Source: Bacteroidetes bacterium RIFCSPLOWO2_12_FULL_35_15 (GTDB lineage: Bacteria; Bacteroidota; Bacteroidia; 2-12-FULL-35-15). From it: a stretch of 64,000 nt of DNA. The stretch spans positions 10,707 through 74,706 of the forward strand of contig MEPB01000025.1 of assembly GCA_001769385.1 (NCBI GenBank). The letters run 5' to 3'. A program made the position numbers and the translations under genes. Each line of letters begins with the position of its first letter. The first letter of the stretch is position 1. A model generated the notes under the pieces. The model saw nothing but the letters and a program-made list of their open reading frames with translations. It did not search any database and was not told where the DNA came from. Of the stretch, positions 7,656 to 16,374 are shown piece after piece.

Positions 7656-10600
7656 TCAGTTAGAATTTTTATTAGACAAATAATAAACAACCGGCACAAT
7701 AAATATATTTAGCAATGTGGATGTGAGCAGACCTCCTAAAATAACTTTTGCCATAGGACTTTGAATTTCGTTGCCGGGTAAATCTCCCGCAATGGCAAGT
7801 GGTATTAGCGCAAGTCCTGCACAAAGTGCAGTCATTAATATCGGACTTAAACGGTCTTTTGAACCCTGTATGATTGTATCATATAAATTAAAGCCTTCTT
7901 CACGTAAGGTTTTGTAATGAGATACAAGTAAAATTCCGTTTCTTGTAGCAACTCCAAACAACGTAATGAAACCAATGATACTCGGAATGCTCATAATTCC
8001 ATTTGTGAAATAAATGCTGAACACACCACCAATCAATGCAAGGGGCAGGTTCAATAAAATGATGGATGCCGTTTTTACATTCTTAAATTCCTGGTAGAGT
8101 AAAAGAAAAATTACCAGCAGTGAAAGCAGTGAAGCGATAAGCAATATTTTTGAAGCTTCGGATTCTGCCTGAAATTGCCCGCCATATTCAATATGATACC
8201 CTTCAGGGAGTTTAACTTTATCTTTTATGGTTTTCTGAATTTCTTCAACTGCACTTTTCTGGTCCCGCCCGGCAACATTAGCGCTGACAATAGTTTTACG
8301 TTGCACATTTTCACGATTAATCGTGCTGGGCCCACTTGTGCTAATAATATCAGCGATATAGTGAAGAGGGATCCTTCTGTGATGTGATTGAGTTGCCGGA
8401 CCAGTGTTTTCAGTATCCGACATTTCATCATTTGCGCTAACACCCACATCAATTAATGTATTGCGGACGTTTTCAATTGATCCTCTGTTAGCATCATCAA
8501 ACCGAAGTATCAAATCAAAGGTTTTGTTATTTTCGTATATCTCCGAAACTTTTTCTCCGGCAAAAGCCACATCTACAAACTCATTGAATTCTCCGATGGT
8601 AATTCCGTAATGATTCAAAATGTCGCGCTTAGCTTTTATCTGCACCTGCGGAATTTCCACCTGTTGTTCCACGCTTAAATCAACCAACCCTTCAATGTCC
8701 TGAATATTATTTTTGATTTGATTTGAAAGCGAAAAAAGCTTGTTTAAATCAGTGCCAAATAGTTTGATGGCAATGTTTGCACGGGTTCCCGACAGCATGT
8801 GGTCAATGCGATGCCCAATGGGTTGTCCGATAGTAATGTTTACCCCTGTAATACCTGCAAGCTTTTTACGCACATCCATCATAAATTCTTCACGGCTTCT
8901 GTGGGTCAAAACAAATGGCGCTTCAATTTCTGCACCATTTACGCCTTGTCCGTGTTCATCTGATTCTGCCCTTCCTGTTCTGCGTGTAGTGATTTTTATT
9001 TCGGGAATTGAAAGCAATGCTTGCTCAACCTGTGTTCCTATTTTGTTGCTTTCATCCAATGAAATTCCTGGAAGTGAAACGGCACTAATCACTAAAGAAC
9101 CTTCGTTGAATTCAGGCAAAAAACTTCTTCCCAATTGGCTCATAACAAAAAGTGAAGCAATCAAGAGTACAGTAGAAAATGCAATGACGGTCTTTTTTAT
9201 CTGCATTACTTTTATCAATGCACTTGTATATATTTTTTGCAGTCGTTCTACTAACCAGCTTTCTTTGTGCTGTTTTTGCAGCATTTTTTCATCTGCTAAA
9301 AGGAAACTCCCCAAAACGGGTGTGAGAGTTATGGAAACAATGAGTGAAGCAAAAAGTGAAATAATAAATGCTATACCAAGCGGTGCAAGTAATTTTCCTT
9401 CCATGCCTGATAAAAAGAAAAGAGGAACAAATGCAACGATAATGATGAAAGTGGCATTGATGATGCTTGTTCTTATTTCAACCGATGCATCAAAAATTAC
9501 CTGGAGTTTGTTTATGCGTTCAGCTTCAGGCTTGACGGCATTTTGTTTGAGTCGCTTGAAAACATTTTCAACATCTATGATTGCATCATCAACCAAAGCC
9601 CCTATTGCAATTGCCATACCGCCAAGGCTCATGGTATTGATATTGTATCCCAGCCAATGCAGGGTGAGGATGGCTGCAATGAGTGAAATGGGAATTGCCA
9701 GCAATGAAATAAGAGTTGCGCGCCAGTTCATGAGGAACAGAAAAAGAATAATGACAACAAAAATACTTCCTTCCAATAATGTTTTTTTAATATTGCTGAT
9801 GGATGCGTTTATGAAATCTGCCTGACGAAAAATATGAGTGTTGATTTTAATATCGGGGGGCAGATTGTTTTTCATATCTGCAATAGCATCATCAATTTTT
9901 TCTGTGAGTTTAAGTGTGTTGGTGGTAGGTTGTTTGGCAATAGATAAAACAACAGCAGGTTTTGTGTTGGAAGAAGCATCTCCAATTTTTTGAGCAACAC
10001 TGATTTTTAGTTCAGCTACATCTTCTATCCGAATAACTTTTCCGTTTGAAGATTTGATAACTGATTTTCCCAGCTCATTTACATCGTTTGTTCTTCCAAT
10101 GCCTTTTACAATATATTCGTTTCCAAATTCGTTCATAAAACCACCGGATGAATTTCCGTTGGCTTCTTTGGCAGCGGTTAACAATTCGTTTAACGATACA
10201 TTGTAATAATTCATTTTTTGAGGAGAGGCAAGAATCTGATACTGTTTGTATTCGCCACCCATTACAATTACCTGGGCTACACCGCCTGTTGCCAATAATC
10301 TGGGTCGGATTGTCCAATCGGCAATGGTACGTAAATCCATCATGGAGGTTGAATCGGAAGTGAGGGAGATGAACATTATTTCACCCATGATGCTTGACTG
10401 CGGAGCCATAGTTGGATTACCAACACCTTGCGGAAGTTTTTCGGCAACGGCAGTAATTTTTTCGTTCACGATTTGTCGTGCTTTAAAAATATCGGTGTTC
10501 CATTCGAACTCCACCCACATTATTGAAATGCCGGCAGAAGATGAACTTCTTACCCTGCGTACATTTGTTGCTCCGTTCACCGAAGTTTCAAGCGGAAAGG

Positions 10601-10796
10601 TTACGAGTTTCTCCACTTCTTCCGGAGCCATACCATGTGCTTCTGTAAGGACTACAACGGTTGGTGCAGTTAGATCCGGAAATACATCTACATCCATTTG
10701 TGTAGCGATATAAGATCCGAACACGATGAGTAATATCGATACAACGATGATGAGTAATCGGTTGCCGAGAGAGAATTTTATTATTTTATTTAACAT
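7656..10796 (-). CDS. CusA/CzcA-family heavy-metal efflux RND transporter
   Basis: 1046 aa, 12-TM RND architecture with two large periplasmic loops. N-terminus MLNKIIKFSL.NR and DVDVFPDLTAPTV are typical of the CzcA/CusA family. Confidence 0.95.
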   Translation of the reverse strand: MLNKIIKFSLGNRLLIIVVSILLIVFGSYIATQMDVDVFPDLTAPTVVVLTEAHGMAPEEVEKLVTFPLETSVNGATNVRRVRSSSSAGISIMWVEFEWNTDIFKARQIVNEKITAVAEKLPQGVGNPTMAPQSSIMGEIMFISLTSDSTSMMDLRTIADWTIRPRLLATGGVAQVIVMGGEYKQYQILASPQKMNYYNVSLNELLTAAKEANGNSSGGFMNEFGNEYIVKGIGRTNDVNELGKSVIKSSNGKVIRIEDVAELKISVAQKIGDASSNTKPAVVLSIAKQPTTNTLKLTEKIDDAIADMKNNLPPDIKINTHIFRQADFINASISNIKKTLLEGSIFVVIILFLFLMNWRATLISLLAIPISLIAAILTLHWLGYNINTMSLGGMAIAIGALVDDAIIDVENVFKRLKQNAVKPEAERINKLQVIFDASVEIRTSIINATFIIIVAFVPLFFLSGMEGKLLAPLGIAFIISLFASLIVSITLTPVLGSFLLADEKMLQKQHKESWLVERLQKIYTSALIKVMQIKKTVIAFSTVLLIASLFVMSQLGRSFLPEFNEGSLVISAVSLPGISLDESNKIGTQVEQALLSIPEIKITTRRTGRAESDEHGQGVNGAEIEAPFVLTHRSREEFMMDVRKKLAGITGVNITIGQPIGHRIDHMLSGTRANIAIKLFGTDLNKLFSLSNQIKNNIQDIEGLVDLSVEQQVEIPQVQIKAKRDILNHYGITIGEFNEFVDVAFAGEKVSEIYENNKTFDLILRFDDANRGSIENVRNTLIDVGVSANDEMSDTENTGPATQSHHRRIPLHYIADIISTSGPSTINRENVQRKTIVSANVAGRDQKSAVEEIQKTIKDKVKLPEGYHIEYGGQFQAESEASKILLIASLLSLLVIFLLLYQEFKNVKTASIILLNLPLALIGGVFSIYFTNGIMSIPSIIGFITLFGVATRNGILLVSHYKTLREEGFNLYDTIIQGSKDRLSPILMTALCAGLALIPLAIAGDLPGNEIQSPMAKVILGGLLTSTLLNIFIVPVVYYLSNKNSN

Positions 10797-10807
10797 GATT
10801 AATTCTT

Positions 10808-12307
10808 TTAATGTTCGTGTCCATGTTTAGGCAATGTACCTGATGCGGTGGATAATTTAATTTGATAAGCTCCTTTAGTCACTACTCTTTCACCTTCCAA
10901 AACTCCACTTAACAGTTGCACATTTACTCCATCACTTGCACCAATTTTTATTTCACGCTTCTGAAAACTTTCACCTTCGGTTTGAACATACACGAAGAAA
11001 TTCCCCTGTTCTTCTATCAATGATGAAACAGGAATTGCCAATACATCCGGAATCGGGGTTGATTTCAGATAAACCTCAGCAACAGAGCCGGGAATTAAAT
11101 TACCGGTGTTGTCAATTTCAAATGTTACCGGAATAAAAGGAGAATTGGAAGAAGCACTTTTTCCGTAGGAAATCACTTTGCCGTTTAATTCTTGTGTATT
11201 GTACATTATTTCACTATCAGTTGTTTTGAAATTTGCCGAAGTGATAGCTGTAAGTTTATTAAAATATTTTTGTGAAACATTTGCTTGTAAAATAAGTTTT
11301 TTGTTTTTTGAAATAGTTGCAAGTGGTGTTCCTGCCTCAACAAATTGTCCTTCGATTACAAAAATGTTTTTTACAAAACCTGGCATGGTTGTCGAAATGT
11401 TTTGCCCGTTTGCAGAATAATTTTTTGCAATCGTATTGAAAGTATTCTGTGCATTTTCAAAATCAAATTTTGTATGTAGAAAATCTTTTTCCGAAATAAT
11501 TTTATCTTTTATCAATTCTTTTGAACGGTCATACTCTGCCTTTGCTTTATCGTAATTTGATTTTGCCTCTTTGTATTTTGCATCAATGTTTCCTTCGGCT
11601 AAATCACCTCCTGTGATAATGAACAAATTTGTTCCTTTACTAACATCAGAACCAATGATTGTTTTGTTTCCCGAAAACAATACGATGCCACTTGCTTTGG
11701 CAGTAACAATCATTTCATCACCGGGAGCAGAAAGAATTTGTCCACTTGTTTTGATGATGTCGCTAAATACTTGCTTTCGTACAGGAGAATTTGCAAAATC
11801 TACTTTCCATGCTTGTTCTTTCAAATAAGAAATATCACCAACACCAGTTTCTTCCGGTTGATTTTCCATAGCAGTTTTTTCATCAGCATAAACAGGTACA
11901 CTGTCAATAGTTATTTTGTCGCTGAATTCTTTGGTTTGAATTTCAAACACTAAAGTTCCAATACCTGATGAATTTGGTTTTAATGCGAATCGGAAAATTC
12001 CCGGATTGGATGGCTCAGTTGATTTTACGGAAAGACTTTTCCCATTAACTGTTAGTGTTAATAGGATGGTTCCTTCAGTATAAGCTTTGAAGTAGTCTCC
12101 TAGTTTTGTGAAGTGTGCAGCAAATTTGCTTTCATTTCCTACTACCAAAGGTTTGAATTCAACAAAGAGTTCTGTTTTGTCACTATAAAGTGTATAAGCT
12201 AAGGGCTCCAAGCCGTGTTTGTCATCCTTTTGTTCATGAGAATGGTCGGTTGAGCAAGCAAATAGCATAGTTGAAATGATTGCCAAAGGCAAAATTATTT
12301 TCTTCAT
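10808..12307 (-). CDS. efflux RND periplasmic adaptor subunit (CzcB/CusB-like) with N-terminal extra domain
   Basis: 499 aa lipoprotein-like signal (LFACS). Central lipoyl/coiled-coil hairpin and beta-barrel adaptor pattern. His-rich ends (HSHEQKDDKH..., ...LPKHGHEH). Confidence 0.9.
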   Translation of the reverse strand: MKKIILPLAIISTMLFACSTDHSHEQKDDKHGLEPLAYTLYSDKTELFVEFKPLVVGNESKFAAHFTKLGDYFKAYTEGTILLTLTVNGKSLSVKSTEPSNPGIFRFALKPNSSGIGTLVFEIQTKEFSDKITIDSVPVYADEKTAMENQPEETGVGDISYLKEQAWKVDFANSPVRKQVFSDIIKTSGQILSAPGDEMIVTAKASGIVLFSGNKTIIGSDVSKGTNLFIITGGDLAEGNIDAKYKEAKSNYDKAKAEYDRSKELIKDKIISEKDFLHTKFDFENAQNTFNTIAKNYSANGQNISTTMPGFVKNIFVIEGQFVEAGTPLATISKNKKLILQANVSQKYFNKLTAITSANFKTTDSEIMYNTQELNGKVISYGKSASSNSPFIPVTFEIDNTGNLIPGSVAEVYLKSTPIPDVLAIPVSSLIEEQGNFFVYVQTEGESFQKREIKIGASDGVNVQLLSGVLEGERVVTKGAYQIKLSTASGTLPKHGHEH

Positions 12308-12397
12308 GTTTTTAAAAAATTTAAAAGGAATGAAACATTAATTCACCTGTCACATTCTACAATGCAAAAGGTGTTCGTTTTCTGAATAGAAAACCAA

Positions 12398-12799
12398 TTA
12401 AGCTATAAAAGCAGGAGGAGCACGCAAACCCGAAGAAAGGGAATGAGGCGAAATGTAAATAAAAGTTTTTTCAGGAAGTTTGTGAAGCAAAAATTGAATA
12501 GTGTAATCACATAAAAAGAAATCAGTGGGCGAAACGGCAACCTTTAAAAAAAGTTGTTTGGAAAAAATATTGATTTTATTGTCATTATTTGCGGTGATAA
12601 AAATATCTGAATGAATGAAATGTGAGTAAAGATGATCAAAATCTTTGCTTGAATGATCACTGTTGTCGTGATGATCATTGTGATGATGCGCTGTTAAATC
12701 GTGATCAGTATCGTGGTGATGATGCGGAACATTGTTATGTCCAAGCAAAATAGCATAGGCTACAGTAAGTAAAAATAGTGCAATTCTCTTTCTTAACAT
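12398..12799 (-). CDS. His-rich small protein with N-terminal signal/anchor, putative metal-binding
   Basis: 133 aa: hydrophobic N-terminus followed by HNNVPHHHHDTDHDLTAHHHNDHHDNSDHSSKDFDH. First gene of the czc-like operon. TATATTTG box 5 nt upstream of its ATG. Confidence 0.6.
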   Translation of the reverse strand: MLRKRIALFLLTVAYAILLGHNNVPHHHHDTDHDLTAHHHNDHHDNSDHSSKDFDHLYSHFIHSDIFITANNDNKINIFSKQLFLKVAVSPTDFFLCDYTIQFLLHKLPEKTFIYISPHSLSSGLRAPPAFIA

Positions 12800-12804
12800 C
12801 GGCT

Positions 12805-12812
12805 CAAATATA
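12805..12812 (-). promoter_or_regulatory. Bacteroidota -7 box (TATATTTG) for the His-rich/czc operon
   Basis: Minus-strand TATATTTG matches TAnnTTTG, 5 nt before the ATG at 12799 (implies a near-leaderless transcript). Confidence 0.4.
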
Positions 12813-12885
12813 GGAAATTAATCACTATTTTAGTTCTTTAAGAGGGCAGTAATTTTTTTATGTGATGGCTGTTTTTATCAACTTA

Positions 12886-13974
12886 CTATAACTCTTTCAA
12901 CTTTTCTTCCGCTTTCTTAGAATAAAAACCTTTTTCATTTTCAATTTCCAGTAGTAATTCTTTTGCACTTTGTTGTTCACCTGTTTCCAATTTCAATAAA
13001 GCGATATTCCATTTTGCTTCCTGATAAAAAACAGTATTGGAGTTTTTCAAAACATGTTCCAAATACTTTATTGCAGAATTGTATTTCCCATTTTGAGAAA
13101 GAGATAATGCACCATAGAATAAAGCATTGATATCATCAGGATTGTTTTCGAGCAACAATTGAAACGATGAAATTGCTTTTGAGTATTTTCCTTTATTGAA
13201 ATATTCCAATCCTTGTTTTAAAACTCGGTTAGCTGCAACACTGTGTATTTCCTCCATTTCAATTAAATTATTTGAACTAATCTTGTTCTCTTTAGATGGT
13301 GGGGTGTAGCCTTTAAAAACAAATGGTTGGGGCGCGTGATTAAAATATAAATGGTTGTAATCTGCCACTTTAAGATCATAAATATAAATGACATCAGAAT
13401 TATAATTTGTTTTTAAAATATCATTTTCATTGCTGAATGTTGTCTCGATATAGTTAGCAGGAATGCTTTCTATTTCTTTGATAGGAATGATTGTGTTTGG
13501 AAGTAAATTTCTTTTTGAGGGTTTAACTTTTCTGATAGTTTTTTTAATTGCAAGCACCTTGTTTTCAACAGCAGGCAACATTGATTTCATCTTGGAAGAA
13601 GTAGGTGCAAGCAGTTGGACCTTTTCGACTAATACCGGTTTCGGTTTATTTTCAGAGAAAATACCTACCCATTTATAAAATACTAAAATGGATATCAGGG
13701 AAATAATTACCATGGAAACTTGAGTAAAAGTAATTTGCCTGACATGAGAAGCATTTGTTTTAACATCTATTTTGTGATGAATATCAGCCAGGTCGTCAAA
13801 TGAAAAAGGAAAGGCAGTAAAACCATTAAGGGCACTTGCACATAATTCGCAGGAAGAAATATGCATATATAATTGTTCGTGTTCAAGCTTGTTTGTTGTG
13901 TGTAACGAATAAGCCTGAAGTTGATCGAAGCTAAGGCAGTTGGTAAAAATTGTATCTGTTTTCATGGGGATCAT
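12886..13974 (-). CDS. putative zinc-binding (ZAS-type) anti-sigma factor, single TM, C-terminal TPR domain
   Basis: H-x3-C-x2-C motif (MHISSCELC) near the N-terminus, one TM helix (VSMVIISLISILVFY), C-terminal TPR-like repeats. Directly downstream of the ECF sigma gene. Confidence 0.6.
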   Translation of the reverse strand: MIPMKTDTIFTNCLSFDQLQAYSLHTTNKLEHEQLYMHISSCELCASALNGFTAFPFSFDDLADIHHKIDVKTNASHVRQITFTQVSMVIISLISILVFYKWVGIFSENKPKPVLVEKVQLLAPTSSKMKSMLPAVENKVLAIKKTIRKVKPSKRNLLPNTIIPIKEIESIPANYIETTFSNENDILKTNYNSDVIYIYDLKVADYNHLYFNHAPQPFVFKGYTPPSKENKISSNNLIEMEEIHSVAANRVLKQGLEYFNKGKYSKAISSFQLLLENNPDDINALFYGALSLSQNGKYNSAIKYLEHVLKNSNTVFYQEAKWNIALLKLETGEQQSAKELLLEIENEKGFYSKKAEEKLKEL

Positions 13975-13998
13975 TTTTATTTTTGAAAATTTAATCTG

Positions 13999-14574
13999 TT
14001 ATGGATGATTTTCCAGTATCAATAATTTTAAATTTCGTTTTCCGTTTTGAATATAACTTTTTACTTCATTTACCGAATAGCCTGTTATTTCAACAATCTG
14101 AGTGTAACTCATGTTCTTAAAGTAAAATAGTTCAATACATTTCTTTTGAAAAGGATTCAGATTATTCAATGCATTTTCTAACTTTTCAAAACTGTTTTCT
14201 TTTTCTTTTGCATCCTCTGCATCCATCACAAACACTTGTTGCTTTACTTCATATTCATATCCCAAACTGCGATTTACCTGTGTGTTTATTTTTCTTATTT
14301 CGGAAATGCAATAATTACGTACTACGAAAGTGAGCCATGCTTTAAAGTTCTCCACTTCACGTTTTTTCAATTCTTCAAAAAGTTTTTCAAAAATCTGGAG
14401 AACGATGTCTTTTGCATCATCCCGATCTTTAAAATAATTTAAACACATACCAAAAACCAAATGTGCATATCGCTTATAAAGCTCACCTACCATTTGTTTG
14501 TCATGCGTAGTTTTGTATAGAAGTACTAAGTCCTTATCGCTTAGCTGACCTATGTTTGTGTTTGAAAAACTCAT
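13999..14574 (-). CDS. ECF-type RNA polymerase sigma-70 family factor
   Basis: 191 aa; region 2 (AKDIVLQIFEKLF...FKAWLTFVVRNYCISEIRK) and region 4 HTH (MSYTQIVEITGYSVNEVKSYIQNGKRNLK). Confidence 0.9.
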   Translation of the reverse strand: MSFSNTNIGQLSDKDLVLLYKTTHDKQMVGELYKRYAHLVFGMCLNYFKDRDDAKDIVLQIFEKLFEELKKREVENFKAWLTFVVRNYCISEIRKINTQVNRSLGYEYEVKQQVFVMDAEDAKEKENSFEKLENALNNLNPFQKKCIELFYFKNMSYTQIVEITGYSVNEVKSYIQNGKRNLKLLILENHP

Positions 14575-14619
14575 AACCCGATTTTTTTTAGAATTTCCCG
14601 GAATCGGTTCTTGATCAAT

Positions 14620-14643
14620 AGACGTTTACTATTATCAGATTCC
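14620..14643 (-). promoter_or_regulatory. candidate ECF-type promoter upstream of the sigma gene (GGAAT-N14-CGTCT)
   Basis: Minus-strand GGAATCTGATAATAGTAAACGTCT about 45 nt upstream of the ATG at 14574. Same bipartite motif and spacing as 14756..14779. Confidence 0.4.
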
Positions 14644-14755
14644 ACAAACTTTTACTTTGATAAAAGGATTTTGTTTTTGAGAATGAGTAAGCGGCAGGAT
14701 TTTTAAATAAACGGTTTTTAATTACAGAAATACGAGAAGGAAAAAAATGTTTTGT

Positions 14756-14779
14756 GGAAATGATTTTTGAATAACGTCT
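14756..14779 (+). promoter_or_regulatory. candidate ECF-type promoter upstream of the Plug-domain gene (GGAAA-N14-CGTCT)
   Basis: GGAAATGATTTTTGAATAACGTCT about 60 nt upstream of the ATG at 14841. Mirrors the motif on the other strand. Confidence 0.4.
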
Positions 14780-14840
14780 TAGTTTCAAACGAGCAAATTC
14801 GCGAACTCGAAAAAATTATTAATCTTAAAAACGAAAGAAG

Positions 14841-15623
14841 ATGAAAAAAATAAAACTTATTTTAGGAATTACGGCCTTTGCAATAGCTGGTTGTATCAAT
14901 GCTCAGGAAACAGGCATTATTAAAGGAACAATTACAGATGATAAAGGTGAAACCCTCCTTTTTGTTCCTGTTGCTTTAATGGAAGATTCAACAATTGTAG
15001 CTCAGGCCGAAACAAATGAGCAGGGAGACTTTACATTTAAACAACTTACTCCGGGAATTTACAATTTAAAATTTTCTTATACCGGCTATAAAACATTAAT
15101 TGTTTCAGGAATTGAAGTAACTGCCAATCAAATATCCTATGTTTACAGATCAATGAAAACAAAAATTGACACCTTAGGGATTGTTGAAGTTGTTTCTGAA
15201 AAATGGGAAAAGTCAATTATAAATCCCAGATTTTCGACTGTTACTTCTATTTCGATTGATCAAATTGAAAATAGCGCAGTTGGTTTCGGAGATATTATTA
15301 GTTTAATGATCACTTTGGTACCGGGAATACAACCAACAGAGGATGGAAAAGATATTTACATGAGAGGATCTCGCCAGGGAAGTACGGGTTATTATGTGGA
15401 TGGTAATCGTACCATGAGTGTTCCTGAGGTACCGGGCCCGGGAATAGCAAGTATGGAAATATTAACCGGTGGTGTTCCTGCCGAGTATGGTGATTGTACG
15501 GGAGGATTGGTGATTATTACAACAAAAGAATACAAATGGGAAATGCGAAAAAAAGAAATTCAAAGACGTGAACGTGCAGAAAGAGAACAGCAAAAGAATG
15601 TTAAAAAAAAGAAAATTGATTAG
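14841..15623 (+). CDS. CarboxypepD_reg-like domain + TonB-dependent-receptor Plug domain protein lacking a beta-barrel
   Basis: Signal peptide; G.IKGTITDDKGE.L.FV.V (carboxypeptidase-regulatory-like fold); plug-like segment (DI..L...PGI......IYMRGSR......YVDG.......I.SMEILTGGVPAEYGD..GG.V.I.TK). Ends after 260 aa in a charged KE-rich tail followed by a terminator. Confidence 0.75.
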   Translation: MKKIKLILGITAFAIAGCINAQETGIIKGTITDDKGETLLFVPVALMEDSTIVAQAETNEQGDFTFKQLTPGIYNLKFSYTGYKTLIVSGIEVTANQISYVYRSMKTKIDTLGIVEVVSEKWEKSIINPRFSTVTSISIDQIENSAVGFGDIISLMITLVPGIQPTEDGKDIYMRGSRQGSTGYYVDGNRTMSVPEVPGPGIASMEILTGGVPAEYGDCTGGLVIITTKEYKWEMRKKEIQRRERAEREQQKNVKKKKID

Positions 15624-15640
15624 AAAAAAGAAAATTTTGT

Positions 15641-15667
15641 GTCATGCTGAACTTGTTCAGAAATCTC
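15641..15667 (+). repeat. 27-nt GTCAT...GAAATCTC repeat unit (family 1)
   Basis: GTCATGCTGAACTTGTTCAGAAATCTC: same length and termini as the units at 50029, 56137 and 61544. Confidence 0.65.
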
Positions 15668-15703
15668 AATAAGTAGGAGACTAAAACAAGTTCAGCTTTT
15701 TTT
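15646..15703 (+). terminator. intrinsic terminator after the Plug-domain gene
   Basis: GCTGAACTTGTT ... AACAAGTTCAGC 12-bp stem followed by TTTTTTT. The left arm lies inside a 27-nt GTCAT...GAAATCTC repeat unit. Confidence 0.65.
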
Positions 15704-15735
15704 ATAAGCCTACCACTGATTATTTTTTTCTTTTA

Positions 15736-16335
15736 TCAAAATAAATTAAATCCTAATCCGAAAGTTATTCTAAACTCTTCCAGTGATATGGGTTGTGGTG
15801 CATCAGATAAATGTTGTCCATAAACATATCGTGTTTCTAAAAACAAATGCGCAAATCGTTGAAAATAATAATTGAACCCTAAACCGGCAGTTGCCAAAGG
15901 TGAAATAACCGGTTTGTAATAAATCGTTTTGGCATGGTCTTGCGAAAGACTTTGATATCCGGCATTGTAGGATGAGGTGTAAGCAAATCCCGGCTGGAGG
16001 ATAAAATAGGGATCGAAATGAGTAGTGGTAGGAAAGTGATAAACGGCTCCTAACATTACGGAGTGATTATCTTTTAATCCCGTCGAATCAATTGTCAAAC
16101 CATTACTTCCCAGCATGTAGTTACAATCTCCACGAACAGAAATTTTAGTATCTAAATAATATTCCAGATTCCCATTTACATGAACGTTGTTTATATTATC
16201 TTTTAACATTACTCCGGCAATGATGGATGCATCAGCACGGACAAGGTGTTTGTGAATAAACTGTCCTTCCTCTTGCTGCGCAAAACCAATAAAAGGTGCG
16301 CTAACCAACACTAGAATAATAATTTGCTTCAGCAT
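15736..16335 (-). CDS. small outer-membrane beta-barrel protein (porin-family-like)
   Basis: Signal peptide (…GFAQQ), alternating amphipathic beta pattern, C-terminal ...FGLGFNLF aromatic terminus typical of OM barrels. Confidence 0.6.
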   Translation of the reverse strand: MLKQIIILVLVSAPFIGFAQQEEGQFIHKHLVRADASIIAGVMLKDNINNVHVNGNLEYYLDTKISVRGDCNYMLGSNGLTIDSTGLKDNHSVMLGAVYHFPTTTHFDPYFILQPGFAYTSSYNAGYQSLSQDHAKTIYYKPVISPLATAGLGFNYYFQRFAHLFLETRYVYGQHLSDAPQPISLEEFRITFGLGFNLF

Positions 16336-16374
16336 AATAAAATATTTTGAAGAATGATTAGTTTTTATTTTTCT

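Noticed and set aside
8740-9825. 361-aa plus-strand ORF, with several other 60-155 aa ORFs between 8175 and 10713.
   Set aside because: It lies entirely antisense to the well-supported 1046-aa CzcA/CusA gene. Its composition is low-complexity and Ser/Met/Ile-rich, typical of shadow ORFs, and no family motif is present.
12800-12885. ECF-type promoter in front of the His-rich/czc operon.
   Set aside because: No GGAAW-N14-CGTCT-like motif is present. Only a housekeeping-type TATATTTG box is seen, so direct ECF control cannot be claimed from sequence.
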